DNA from: a virus
Taxonomy: Duplodnaviria > Caudoviricetes
DNA length: 41,290 nucleotides
Virus record (IMG/VR): IMGVR_UViG_3300040971_000086
Span: 1-41,290 of that record
Strand: one strand, 5' to 3'
Below, piece after piece: positions 18,935 to 27,136 of the stretch (the first letter of the stretch is position 1; every line of letters begins with the position of its first letter). A program made the translations under genes and the position numbers. A model generated the notes under the pieces. That model was not told where the DNA came from. It was given only the letters and a program-made list of their open reading frames with translations, and did no database searches.

Positions 18935-20361
18935 CCTACTTTCTTTCCCCTGTATCTTTTCTTTGCGGAAGGGGTTGCTAAATCATAGCGTTTATTAGAC
19001 TGCGTTAATGGATTACCTCCCAGGTGGAAAGCATTGAAGCCGATAGCGCTTGCGTCTGTTATATCATCATAATCATATTCTTTATCGTCTGGGCCAAAAT
19101 CCCCTAATTCGTCTATTAAATCCTCAACCCCGTCCCCTGGCAATATGCTTATCTGCCCCTGTTTCCAGGCTCTTGCCATTGGCCGCGCTCTTGTGAATTT
19201 GTTACTTACAGAGGGGACGCTGTCTATAAATAACCCCTTTTCAATGTAATCCTCCAATAATTCCTCTATATATCTTTCTGCCATTGTCCCAGAACTGCCA
19301 CCCTCTTTTTCATAATAATAATCTGTGGTGAATATCCCATTATTCCAATTTGGGTTATCTGCTTCTACCAAATTAATTAAGGTGTCCTCTGGGTATCCTG
19401 TTTCATCAATAGTACAATTTTTCATATATTTATGGTTCCTGTTATCTCCCCACCACAGGACAAAGGCAGCCCTATCCCCTTTTTTAGAAGCGGCAAAGTC
19501 AATTCCCCTTAACTTGCGGACTATTTGCACAGGAGGCAATTTATCAATTAAACTATCCCGCAGCATACTTTCAGGTAATAAATCCCCTTTGGCAGGCCTA
19601 TAATACCAGTTCCCGAATTTCTGGTATTGTATGTCAATATAATCCAATTTATCCAATGTTTTACTATAAAGCACCTGGTTAATGTATGGGTTATTTCTCC
19701 AATCCAGGGGGAAATAAGGAAATTGCCCGTCCACATATTCCTCGCAGAGATAATCTGTACTTGGGCCTCCTGGGTTGCTTAAATTAACCATTGCAAGAGG
19801 TATCCGGACAGATAATGCGTTTCTTAGGCTTCTATAAAAAAATTTTAGAACCCGTGGTTTAAGTTCGCTTGCCTCATCATGTATTATTTTACTATAACTT
19901 TCGCTCTTTATTTTCTGCCTTGTTTCCTCGTGGTCAAAGTATTTAAACCATATTGTCGCTCCGCTTGGTGCTGTTATGGTTAATTCGCTTTTATTCCGTT
20001 CACAGGCTAAATCCCCCAGGCGGTTTCTGTCGCAAGCCCATTCGTAGAGGTTGTTCCAAATACTGTCGGGGCCTATCAGTTCTTTACGGTTTTTCCGTGT
20101 TACCAGGGCCTGGTATTCTGGGTATTCTAAGAACTGCGCTGCAAGCATACTTCCCAAATAAGTTTTCCCACCATATCCACCCGCACCGACGAGGGCTGTA
20201 TTTGGTTCATTATCCACTAATGCCTTATTTGTTTCAATTATAGGATAATACTGTCTTGGATACGGTTTAAAGGGAATATAAGGGTTGTCAAGAATAGTAG
20301 TAGTTAAAAGGTCTTTGTCCCTGTCTGTTACTTGGTTCAATGGGATACTTTCTACCTGCAT
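18916..20361 (-). CDS. terL: Terminase large subunit
   Basis: Walker A GAGGYGGKT, Walker B IIHDEA, SNPGG coupling motif, nuclease motifs GIDFA and YDDITDA. Confidence 0.95.
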   Translation of the reverse strand: MQVESIPLNQVTDRDKDLLTTTILDNPYIPFKPYPRQYYPIIETNKALVDNEPNTALVGAGGYGGKTYLGSMLAAQFLEYPEYQALVTRKNRKELIGPDSIWNNLYEWACDRNRLGDLACERNKSELTITAPSGATIWFKYFDHEETRQKIKSESYSKIIHDEASELKPRVLKFFYRSLRNALSVRIPLAMVNLSNPGGPSTDYLCEEYVDGQFPYFPLDWRNNPYINQVLYSKTLDKLDYIDIQYQKFGNWYYRPAKGDLLPESMLRDSLIDKLPPVQIVRKLRGIDFAASKKGDRAAFVLWWGDNRNHKYMKNCTIDETGYPEDTLINLVEADNPNWNNGIFTTDYYYEKEGGSSGTMAERYIEELLEDYIEKGLFIDSVPSVSNKFTRARPMARAWKQGQISILPGDGVEDLIDELGDFGPDDKEYDYDDITDASAIGFNAFHLGGNPLTQSNKRYDLATPSAKKRYRGKKVGWRSLL

Positions 20362-20373
20362 AGGCTGCCCCTC

Positions 20374-20862
20374 TTAATCTTTATTATGGTCTGGGTCTGG
20401 GTTATTTGCAGGGGTTTCCTCATTATATACTGGGTCGTCCTGGGATAGTATTTCATCAATCTTTTGTCTTTTCTTACGCAGATATTCGTCTGTGGTTATA
20501 GTGGCTTTTATATCCTGGTTTAAGTTCCCAGAATGATTTAATTCCACCCTTTCTTGTTTTCCCCACCTTTGCGGATATTTGCGTTCCAACCACCAGGCAG
20601 AGGCAGTCCACGCTCCCGCGCCTCCCGCTTTCCTAATGTTTTGAATATGATATGCTTCTGCAAACTTTTCCGCCTTTTTTATAGACTGGTTAAACTGGTA
20701 ATATCTCCCAGACTTTGCAGCCTCGCCTTTTCTTATCCATCTGTAATAGGTGCTTTCGTCTATCCCCACCATAGATGCCGCTGTATTGGCATAATTCCCT
20801 GCCATAATGTATTCGCAGAGTTTTTCTTCTAATTCGTCTGTTAATTTGGTTTTTCGTGCCAT
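20374..20862 (-). CDS. terS: Terminase small subunit (HTH)
   Basis: MARKTKLT...AASMVGIDESTYYRW...WTASAWWLERKYP; immediately upstream of terL. Confidence 0.85.
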   Translation of the reverse strand: MARKTKLTDELEEKLCEYIMAGNYANTAASMVGIDESTYYRWIRKGEAAKSGRYYQFNQSIKKAEKFAEAYHIQNIRKAGGAGAWTASAWWLERKYPQRWGKQERVELNHSGNLNQDIKATITTDEYLRKKRQKIDEILSQDDPVYNEETPANNPDPDHNKD

Positions 20863-20980
20863 TTTATGCCTTCCCTCCTTTGTTAATTTGTTATTAAGTT
20901 ATTATTTTTTTATATTAATTCTGTTAAATATTGCCTAAATCACGGGGTTTAATTAGAATTAGTAATACTTTATAAAATAA

Positions 20981-21056
20981 GGTTAGATAGTAACCTTTAT
21001 ATAGTCCAGGGGATAATGTATAATTAACTAACATACATTGCAAAGAGGCACAAACC
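20981..21056 (+). promoter_or_regulatory. Promoter/leader cassette, inverted copy
   Basis: GGTTAgatagTAACC-TTTATATA-GTCCAGGGGATAATGTATAATTAACTAACAT...GAGGCACAAACC-ATG; reverse complement of the six - strand copies. Confidence 0.9.
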
Positions 21057-21203
21057 ATGAAAACCGAAAATAACAACACATTAAACCAAGACTATGAACA
21101 ATGGGTATTAAACCAGGTCTGCAACCACCCGCGCAAAGATTACTGCCTGGATTGCACAAATTGCCCTGCCCGCACAGGCCATGACCTGGCAAAGCACAGA
21201 TAA
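21057..21203 (+). CDS. 48-aa Cys/His-rich protein; the only credible + strand gene
   Basis: Hand translation MKTENNNTLNQDYEQWVLNQVCNHPRKDYCLDCTNCPARTGHDLAKHR; follows a full cassette with RBS and is followed by a T-rich tract. Confidence 0.75.
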   Translation: MKTENNNTLNQDYEQWVLNQVCNHPRKDYCLDCTNCPARTGHDLAKHR

Positions 21204-21232
21204 ATATTATTTATCCCTTTTTTTCTCTAATT

Positions 21233-21790
21233 TTACTTATTTATAATGTTATAAAACTCTGCCCTGGCTTTGCTTTTATTAAATACTCCTTTAATCGCGC
21301 TTGTTGAAACCGCAGCGGTGTCATTCTTAACCCCGCGCATAGCCATGCAATAATGCCTGCTGTTCTTAATAACCACTATAACCCCGCGGGGTTTTAATGT
21401 CTTATCAATTACTTCTGCAATGTCTTCTGTTATTTTTTCCTGTAATTGCAGGCGCTGCGTTATTGCCTGGGTTATTCTTACGAACTTACTTATCCCTGCA
21501 ATCTTGCCGTCTGGTATATAACCAATATAAACCTCCATATTAAAGGGTAATAAGTGATGCGCGCATAGGCTATAAGATTTAATAGGGCCTATGGTAATCA
21601 TTTGGTCATAGTCCTTTTCTTCAAAGGTTTTAAGTAGGGTTTCCGGGTTTATTTTATACCCTTGCAAGACTTCCATTAACCCCTTTGCTGCGCGGCCTGG
21701 GGTTTCCATTAAATGCGGGTCATCTTGCCACCCAGGTTCTATTTCATTTAAAATTAATGTTATTCCCTGTTCAATTCTGTTTATTTTCAT
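21233..21790 (-). CDS. folE: GTP cyclohydrolase I (type IA)
   Basis: ETPGRAAK, SLCAHHLLPF, GISKFVR, RLQLQE, HYCMAMRGV. Start at 21790 overlaps the queC stop (ATGA). Confidence 0.95.
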   Translation of the reverse strand: MKINRIEQGITLILNEIEPGWQDDPHLMETPGRAAKGLMEVLQGYKINPETLLKTFEEKDYDQMITIGPIKSYSLCAHHLLPFNMEVYIGYIPDGKIAGISKFVRITQAITQRLQLQEKITEDIAEVIDKTLKPRGVIVVIKNSRHYCMAMRGVKNDTAAVSTSAIKGVFNKSKARAEFYNIINK

Positions 21791-22422
21791 ATATGGCCCT
21801 CTGCTGTTTTTAATGCTTCTTTTCTTTCTGTGCAGGCTCCGCATTTCCCGCATGGTTTATCTTTGCCTTCGTAGCAAGTCCATGTCTTATTAAATGGGAC
21901 TTGTAATCTTAAACCAATCTCTGCAATTGCTATTTTATCTATTTTTAAGAATGGGGCAATAACTTGAACAGAGTTATAATTAGATATTTTACTTACTTCA
22001 TTCATTTTAAAAAAGAATTCTGGACGGCAATCTGGATAAATTGCATGGTCGCCGCTGTGCGCAGCATACGCCACTTTATCCGCTCCTATATTAACCGCAT
22101 AGGCTATTGCCAGGCTTAACAGTATCATATTTCTATTTGGGACTACTGTGCTTTGCATGCTTTTATCTTCATAATGACCCTTTGGAACTGGTTTGTTACT
22201 GGTTAAACTACTTTCATTTATCAATTCGTGTATGCCTGTTATATCTACAACCTTATGCGGAGTATTTGTTAACCTGGTTATTTCCTGGGCAGCAAGTAAT
22301 TCTTTTTTATGCTTTTGATTATAGTCAAAACTTAAACAATAAACCTCATGCCCTTTATTTAGCAAATAATATAATAAGGTTGTACTATCCATTCCCCCAG
22401 ACAATAATAAAACCGTTTTCAA
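21787..22422 (-). CDS. queC: 7-cyano-7-deazaguanine synthase
   Basis: LLSGGMDST, VPNRNMILLS, YPDCRPEF, TWTCY...CGKCGACTER. Confidence 0.97.
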   Translation of the reverse strand: MKTVLLLSGGMDSTTLLYYLLNKGHEVYCLSFDYNQKHKKELLAAQEITRLTNTPHKVVDITGIHELINESSLTSNKPVPKGHYEDKSMQSTVVPNRNMILLSLAIAYAVNIGADKVAYAAHSGDHAIYPDCRPEFFFKMNEVSKISNYNSVQVIAPFLKIDKIAIAEIGLRLQVPFNKTWTCYEGKDKPCGKCGACTERKEALKTAEGHI

Positions 22423-23321
22423 TTTATAACCTCCTCATAAGTTAGATTTCCTTTAAAGTAATTATGGTACTGTCGCCAGTTATTTTTAACCGCGTCTTTA
22501 TAATCATTTATATTGTTCATTAACTGTATAAGAACAGGCTTTGCATCATTCCAAGTTCTTGCTTCTGGTTTTTCTCCCTTAACTCTTGGTATTTTAAGCG
22601 CATTGCCATTTATCTTAATACTGCCTGTTCTTCTAACCAGAATATGATTACTATTATCTATACTAAACAGAGGATACTTTGCACAGTATTTATGAGATAC
22701 ACCCAGGCCATGAAATTTAATACCTTCTTTCTTACCCAGTATAAAACATTTTTTTAAAAACTGTTCTCTTATTTTATTATGCTTTCCAACCATTCCACCC
22801 AGGGAAATATAATCATAACCCTCGTCTATATACTTTTTTAGCCATTTATAAGGGCTGCCCAGGTGGAAAACAGGTATAACTTCCAGGCCATGGTCTTCTA
22901 TTATTTTCTGGTTTTGATATGTTTCTTCTGGGTTCCTTATTTTATCAAAGTTAAACGCATATCTATATCTTGCGCTCTTTAAAAAAGTCATATAATCATT
23001 TATATTTAAATCTAAGCCCAATGTGTCAATACTGTAACCGCCACTGTCAATTATTATGTTTTCCGCTGCTAATCTGGGATTAAATGCTTCATACATATCT
23101 TTATAGGCGAAACTAAACAGGTGAGAAGTATTAGTTAAATCCTCTACTAATCTTTTAACCTTCTCTGCATTCTTTTCTTCAACATCATAACCCTTACTAT
23201 TGCTTAAATAAAGATTATGGGATTTATTTAAACTTACAACACCATAATGAGGCATACTATCCACTCCTTTAAGATAAACATTGCAATAGGTTGCAGAACC
23301 CGCCACTGTAAAATGAGGCAT
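22419..23321 (-). CDS. dpdA: TGT-fold DNA 7-deazaguanine transglycosylase (DpdA-like)
   Basis: IIDSGGYS, FNFDKI, IPVFH, YISLGGMV, FHGLG, FSIDNS in TGT motif order, embedded in the que cluster. There is an alternative start at 23255. Confidence 0.8.
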   Translation of the reverse strand: MPHFTVAGSATYCNVYLKGVDSMPHYGVVSLNKSHNLYLSNSKGYDVEEKNAEKVKRLVEDLTNTSHLFSFAYKDMYEAFNPRLAAENIIIDSGGYSIDTLGLDLNINDYMTFLKSARYRYAFNFDKIRNPEETYQNQKIIEDHGLEVIPVFHLGSPYKWLKKYIDEGYDYISLGGMVGKHNKIREQFLKKCFILGKKEGIKFHGLGVSHKYCAKYPLFSIDNSNHILVRRTGSIKINGNALKIPRVKGEKPEARTWNDAKPVLIQLMNNINDYKDAVKNNWRQYHNYFKGNLTYEEVIN

Positions 23322-23326
23322 AAATA

Positions 23327-23941
23327 TTAATCCACCTGCATAATTACATGCAATCTCACACCCAGGCGACAGTCTGGGAATTCATATAAAATCCTTTCTA
23401 ATAAAGCCTTATCCGGGAAACCAGGCCCTGTTACAGGCGTTATTACAATACGGCTATCTACTAAAAAGTTATTGCTTATAAAATCCAGGTCTTTCCCGTT
23501 GCTTATAACCATTTTAAACTCTGTTTTATCTGGGAACTCTGCGTCTGTCTGGGTTATTACATCGCTAAGGCTTTTCTCCCTGCTCCCAGGGGTTTTAATA
23601 TCCATACAAATAAGGTCAACCATTCCAAATATGGCCTCATTAAATATTGTCCCATTGGTTTCCAGGCTTACCAGGTACTTTAAATCTTTTAATAATATAA
23701 CCAGTTCTTCAAGTTCTTTACTTTGCAGTAAGGGTTCCCCGCCTGTTATCTTAACAATGCTTGCAGGATAATCTCTTATTTTATCCATTATTTCTTGCGG
23801 TGTTTTATTGCAGCGCATACTATGGTCTGTATCGCACCAGGCACAGGCAATGTTACAACCTGCAAGCCTTATAAAAATAGTAGGGTATCCTTGCCACCTG
23901 CCTTCGCCTTCAAAACTATAAAAAATATTATTTAATTTCAA
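23327..23941 (-). CDS. queE: 7-carboxy-7-deazaguanine synthase (radical SAM)
   Basis: IFYSFEGEG, FIRLAGCNIACAWCDT, ITGGEPLLQ, LETNGT. Likely TTG start at 23941 overlapping the queD stop. Confidence 0.95.
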   Translation of the reverse strand: MKLNNIFYSFEGEGRWQGYPTIFIRLAGCNIACAWCDTDHSMRCNKTPQEIMDKIRDYPASIVKITGGEPLLQSKELEELVILLKDLKYLVSLETNGTIFNEAIFGMVDLICMDIKTPGSREKSLSDVITQTDAEFPDKTEFKMVISNGKDLDFISNNFLVDSRIVITPVTGPGFPDKALLERILYEFPDCRLGVRLHVIMQVD

Positions 23942-24297
23942 TATTGCACCCCGCATTCTGGGGTTTCCCAAATAATTAATTTGGTTACTGGCAAGTCCTT
24001 GCATAGTTCATGTTTAAGATGCACCGCAAGATTTTCCGCAGTAGGGTTAAAATCATATAATTTATTTAAACATCTGTGGTCGGGTAATGCGTTATTAATA
24101 AGTTTTTTAATATCCTTAAAATCATATTCAATAGTTTCCCCTGGGTTTGTTTTAATATACACATCTATATTCCATCTGTGCCCGTGCAAATGACTGCATT
24201 CTCCATTATAATTATTTAAATAATGTGCTGCGTCAAAATGGGTTTTAACTATTAGATTTAAATCTGGTTTTAATAAAGCGGGGTTATTCAATTTCAA
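23938..24297 (-). CDS. queD: 6-carboxytetrahydropterin synthase
   Basis: FDAAHYL..Y.GECSHLHGH, DHRCLN, NPTAENLA, WETP. Likely TTG start behind GGTGAGG. Confidence 0.95.
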   Translation of the reverse strand: MKLNNPALLKPDLNLIVKTHFDAAHYLNNYNGECSHLHGHRWNIDVYIKTNPGETIEYDFKDIKKLINNALPDHRCLNKLYDFNPTAENLAVHLKHELCKDLPVTKLIIWETPECGVQY

Positions 24298-24799
24298 ATT
24301 CCTCACCACACTCTGGGCAGACGACTTCTTTTGGCTTTTTAGGTGGTTTTTCTGGTATATTTTCCCCTTCTTCAAGATTAACCTCCCCTTCAAAGTCATT
24401 GTTTAATAATAAACTGTCTATTTCTGCAATTTTAAACCCAGTCAATTCCAGGTTAATATCCTTTGTTTGTAATTCTGTGAAGATAACTTCTAATTGAGGG
24501 AAATCCCATTGGTTATATTCCCCTAATTTGTTATCTGCTAACATTATCTGCAAGGCTTCCGGTGTATCATGCATATGAGGGCTTCTTGTACACGGTATTT
24601 CTTTATATCCTAATCTTGTAACTGCTGCCTTTATTGCACCATGCCCCGCTAATGTGTAATTATCTTTACTTAATAGCGCAGCCCTGCCCCACCCTACGGC
24701 CTTAATTACCTCTGCAATCATGTCTAATTGTTCCGGTGGGTGCTTCTTTGGGTTGTTTGGGTGCGGTTTAATATCATCTATACTGATAAACTCTACCAT
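24284..24799 (-). CDS. ParB-N-like protein with C-terminal Zn ribbon
   Basis: IKPHPNNPKKH, LAGHGA, LADNKLGE, LELTGF, CPECG; heads the modification cluster. Confidence 0.85.
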   Translation of the reverse strand: MVEFISIDDIKPHPNNPKKHPPEQLDMIAEVIKAVGWGRAALLSKDNYTLAGHGAIKAAVTRLGYKEIPCTRSPHMHDTPEALQIMLADNKLGEYNQWDFPQLEVIFTELQTKDINLELTGFKIAEIDSLLLNNDFEGEVNLEEGENIPEKPPKKPKEVVCPECGEEFEIE

Positions 24800-24826
24800 A
24801 AAAAAAAGGCCTCCTTTAAATACTTT

Positions 24827-25021
24827 TTATTCTTTTATACTAACTGCATTCCTGCATAGCGGACAGGACATCTCTATGCATCTGCCCGTTACTTTATCAA
24901 TTTCCCCATAATGTTTTATCATATAATCCCCTGTCTTAGATACAGATTTTAAAACAAATTCTGTTCCGCAAGCACATTCGCAGATTAAAAAATTCTTATT
25001 TGTATTAATAGAACAGGACAC
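24827..25021 (-). CDS. Small Cys-rich (zinc-binding) protein
   Basis: CECACG...CPLC. Confidence 0.55.
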   Translation of the reverse strand: MSCSINTNKNFLICECACGTEFVLKSVSKTGDYMIKHYGEIDKVTGRCIEMSCPLCRNAVSIKE

Positions 25022-25027
25022 TTTAAA

Positions 25028-25450
25028 TCACCCGCCTAATTGTTTAATCACTATAAATGTGCTTATACTTAAAAAGGAGGTTAATAATGCGAGAACTATT
25101 ATATTAACTATGGAAAGCCGAGATACTAATGTTTCCAGTAGTCGCAAGCGCGTATCCATATCTTTATCATTACCCTTCACTTCTGTTATGTCTTCTTTAT
25201 GGTTTTCGGTTGTTACTTCCTGGCATTGCAGCCCTATTAAAACCTGGTTTATTAATCCCTTTGTTTCCTCAAAGGCAAGATATATCTTATCGTCCCTCAT
25301 TTCTAAGGCTTTCTGGGCTTTTTCATTATCCTGTTTGTACTGGGTTTGAAACCGTTTAAAACTGCGCTCCATATAAACCAGTCTATCACAGGGAACAGTT
25401 CCCCCAGACCCGCCGTTATGGTTTTTATAGCATTCGTCCTCTTTTAACAT
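25028..25450 (-). CDS. Coiled-coil protein with C-terminal transmembrane segment (holin/XhlA-like architecture)
   Basis: Heptad region, then LSIVNIIVLALLTSFLSISTFIVI. Confidence 0.55.
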   Translation of the reverse strand: MLKEDECYKNHNGGSGGTVPCDRLVYMERSFKRFQTQYKQDNEKAQKALEMRDDKIYLAFEETKGLINQVLIGLQCQEVTTENHKEDITEVKGNDKDMDTRLRLLETLVSRLSIVNIIVLALLTSFLSISTFIVIKQLGG

Positions 25451-25464
25451 TTATAACCCCTCGC

Positions 25465-25728
25465 CTACTGTTCGCTGTCCATAACTTTGTTTAATTTATC
25501 GATTGCATACGGGGCAATATAGGCAAATACAAATCCTTGAAGAGGAGTAGTTATTTGGTCTGGGGAGGCTTCCATAATAACAACCACTGCGACAACACCG
25601 ATAATAATTGTCCCCAATGTGTTCAATTTAAGCGTTTTATTTTCCCAGGTCGGGAGAATTAGATACTCTTCCATTAAAATAATTCTACAAAGAACCCCGC
25701 ATAAAACTGCCAATAATATCCAAATCAT
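25465..25728 (-). CDS. Small multi-pass membrane protein (holin-like)
   Basis: Three hydrophobic segments in ~87 aa and a charged C-terminus; start MIWILL. Confidence 0.55.
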   Translation of the reverse strand: MIWILLAVLCGVLCRIILMEEYLILPTWENKTLKLNTLGTIIIGVVAVVVIMEASPDQITTPLQGFVFAYIAPYAIDKLNKVMDSEQ

Positions 25729-25771
25729 TTTCTTAATCACTTTCCATCGTTTTTTTAACACAAACAAATAT

Positions 25772-25813
25772 TTTAATAAAATAAAAAAATAAGAATAAAA
25801 AAAAAAAAAAGAA
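25772..25813 (-). terminator. Oligo-T terminator after the structured RNA
   Basis: A run of about 14 A plus further A tracts on the + strand, read as T tracts on the - strand directly after the closing stem. Confidence 0.55.
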
Positions 25814-26213
25814 ATAATATTTTAATAGTAAAAGACCCTCCACCGCCTGGGCATTTATTTGCAGCAAACAGAACACATTTATTTAAATAAAAACCTGTTG
25901 CTCTAATCTGGAGAAAAAAATTGTTAGGAGGTGAATATTTTTTTTGAATTAAAACCTTTTTTAATTAAATAAAAATCACAGTTCCCTGCAAATAGTCCCC
26001 TCCCTGGGCAGGGTTGTTCCCGCATCATATCTTAAATTATTGGTGGTTAATTTTTAAAATATGGTAATATAATTATCCCTCTGCACCTGGGGAACAGGTT
26101 ATACTAAAAAAATAATAAAATAATAAAGGAGGTCAAGAAAAAATTACTTTATTAAATCCTTTTAAACCATTCATGCCCATTAGGTGGAGAGCCTTTTACT
26201 ATTAAAATATTAT
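25814..26213 (-). ncRNA. Candidate ~400-nt structured RNA with anti-SD loops
   Basis: 41-nt inverted arms (25814..25854, 26173..26213): 36 Watson-Crick pairs, 2 G-U pairs on the - strand only, and a 3x3 loop. Internal hairpins carry GACCUCC, ACCACC and CACCUCCU. A long U tract follows; there is no ORF. Confidence 0.65.
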
Positions 26214-26383
26214 ACAGTAGTAGGCAAGGGATTACTAAATAAGATTTCCTCTACTTTAATTTTAACACCGGACACTTGCAAAGGCAAATATGTCGCAGCA
26301 ACCGCGCCGCAGGCCTTGCAATAAATATCCCGTTTATCTTTAATTAAATGAGGGGAATTGCATTCTTCACATTTAAACAACAT
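26210..26383 (-). CDS. Stand-alone TFIIB/TFB-type zinc ribbon protein (57 aa)
   Basis: Hand translation MLFKCEECNSPHLIKDKRDIYCKACGAVAATYLPLQVSGVKIKVEEILFSNPLPTTV. The C..C.S..L..D....YC..CG.V pattern resembles the TFB N-terminal ribbon. GAGATGGGTG lies upstream. Confidence 0.7.
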   Translation of the reverse strand: MLFKCEECNSPHLIKDKRDIYCKACGAVAATYLPLQVSGVKIKVEEILFSNPLPTTV

Positions 26384-26496
26384 TTAACACCCATCTCAAA
26401 AGCACAACCAAATTGAGAATATTAAATATAATATTTTTTCTTATTTAGTAATTCCTTAAACCAAATTAATCATATTAAGGGGAAAGTAAAATTTCC

Positions 26497-26523
26497 CCTT
26501 CATATAATAGTAGTTACTAATTT
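26497..26523 (-). promoter_or_regulatory. 27-bp element, copy 2; putative late promoter
   Basis: Identical to 14473..14499, followed by the hairpin AAGGGGAAA-N6-TTTCCCCTT (26477..26500). Confidence 0.7.
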
Positions 26524-27038
26524 GACAGGTAATCCAGAATAAAATCCTGGTTAAATATTAAAAAAAGACCAATACCAATCAACAAAAGACCCGCTATTGC
26601 AGGCGCATCTATAACTAAAAACTCATCTAATGCAGTCCAATTAAATGCAAATAAGGCTGCGCCTTTATTAGTAATATAATTCTTAGTTCTGCTTAAATAT
26701 CTCCGGTGTTCCCTGTTTATTATGCGCATTTCTTTTTCAAAATCAGGGTTCCCCTCTTTATCTGTGGCAATGTTTAATCCTAATGTCGTTGTCCCTGGCC
26801 TATTATTAAGGTTATATGCTTTCCACCGCTTGCGATAATTAACCATGCGCAGCCTTGCTTTCTCATTATATGCCAGTTTTTGGCAGTCTGTGTCCTCTGG
26901 GTCGCAGTATCTTTGATTTGGAGATTTTAATGTTTTAAGTGGTTTCCCGCACCAATAACAGAATTTATCCTCTTCAAATTTATTTTCTATTTGTTCCGCT
27001 TGCTTTGTTCCGCCGCGGACACTATTTGCATTCTCCAT
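26517..27038 (-). CDS. Zinc-finger protein with C-terminal hydrophobic segment
   Basis: CYWCGK...RYC....DC, a basic helix, and the transmembrane-like AIAGLLLIGIGLFLIF. Confidence 0.65.
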   Translation of the reverse strand: MENANSVRGGTKQAEQIENKFEEDKFCYWCGKPLKTLKSPNQRYCDPEDTDCQKLAYNEKARLRMVNYRKRWKAYNLNNRPGTTTLGLNIATDKEGNPDFEKEMRIINREHRRYLSRTKNYITNKGAALFAFNWTALDEFLVIDAPAIAGLLLIGIGLFLIFNQDFILDYLSN

Positions 27039-27136
27039 TTAAAAATCCACCTCATATAATCTTATTTTTTTCTCGCTGTTTGCACAAACAAACAAATATA
27101 TATCCTAACTTCAATTATTTAATTTGAAATAAAGGA

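Noticed and set aside
22419-23321. Canonical tRNA-guanine transglycosylase
   Set aside because: It lacks the CxCxxC zinc site and the C-terminal tRNA-binding domains, and the viral que-cluster context favours a DNA-acting enzyme.
25814-26213. MITE with terminal inverted repeats, or + strand genes behind AGGAGGTGA/AGGAGGTC
   Set aside because: It is single copy, with no evident target duplication or transposase, and the mismatches are strand-specific G-U pairs. No ATG and no credible ORF follows the + strand SD-like sites.
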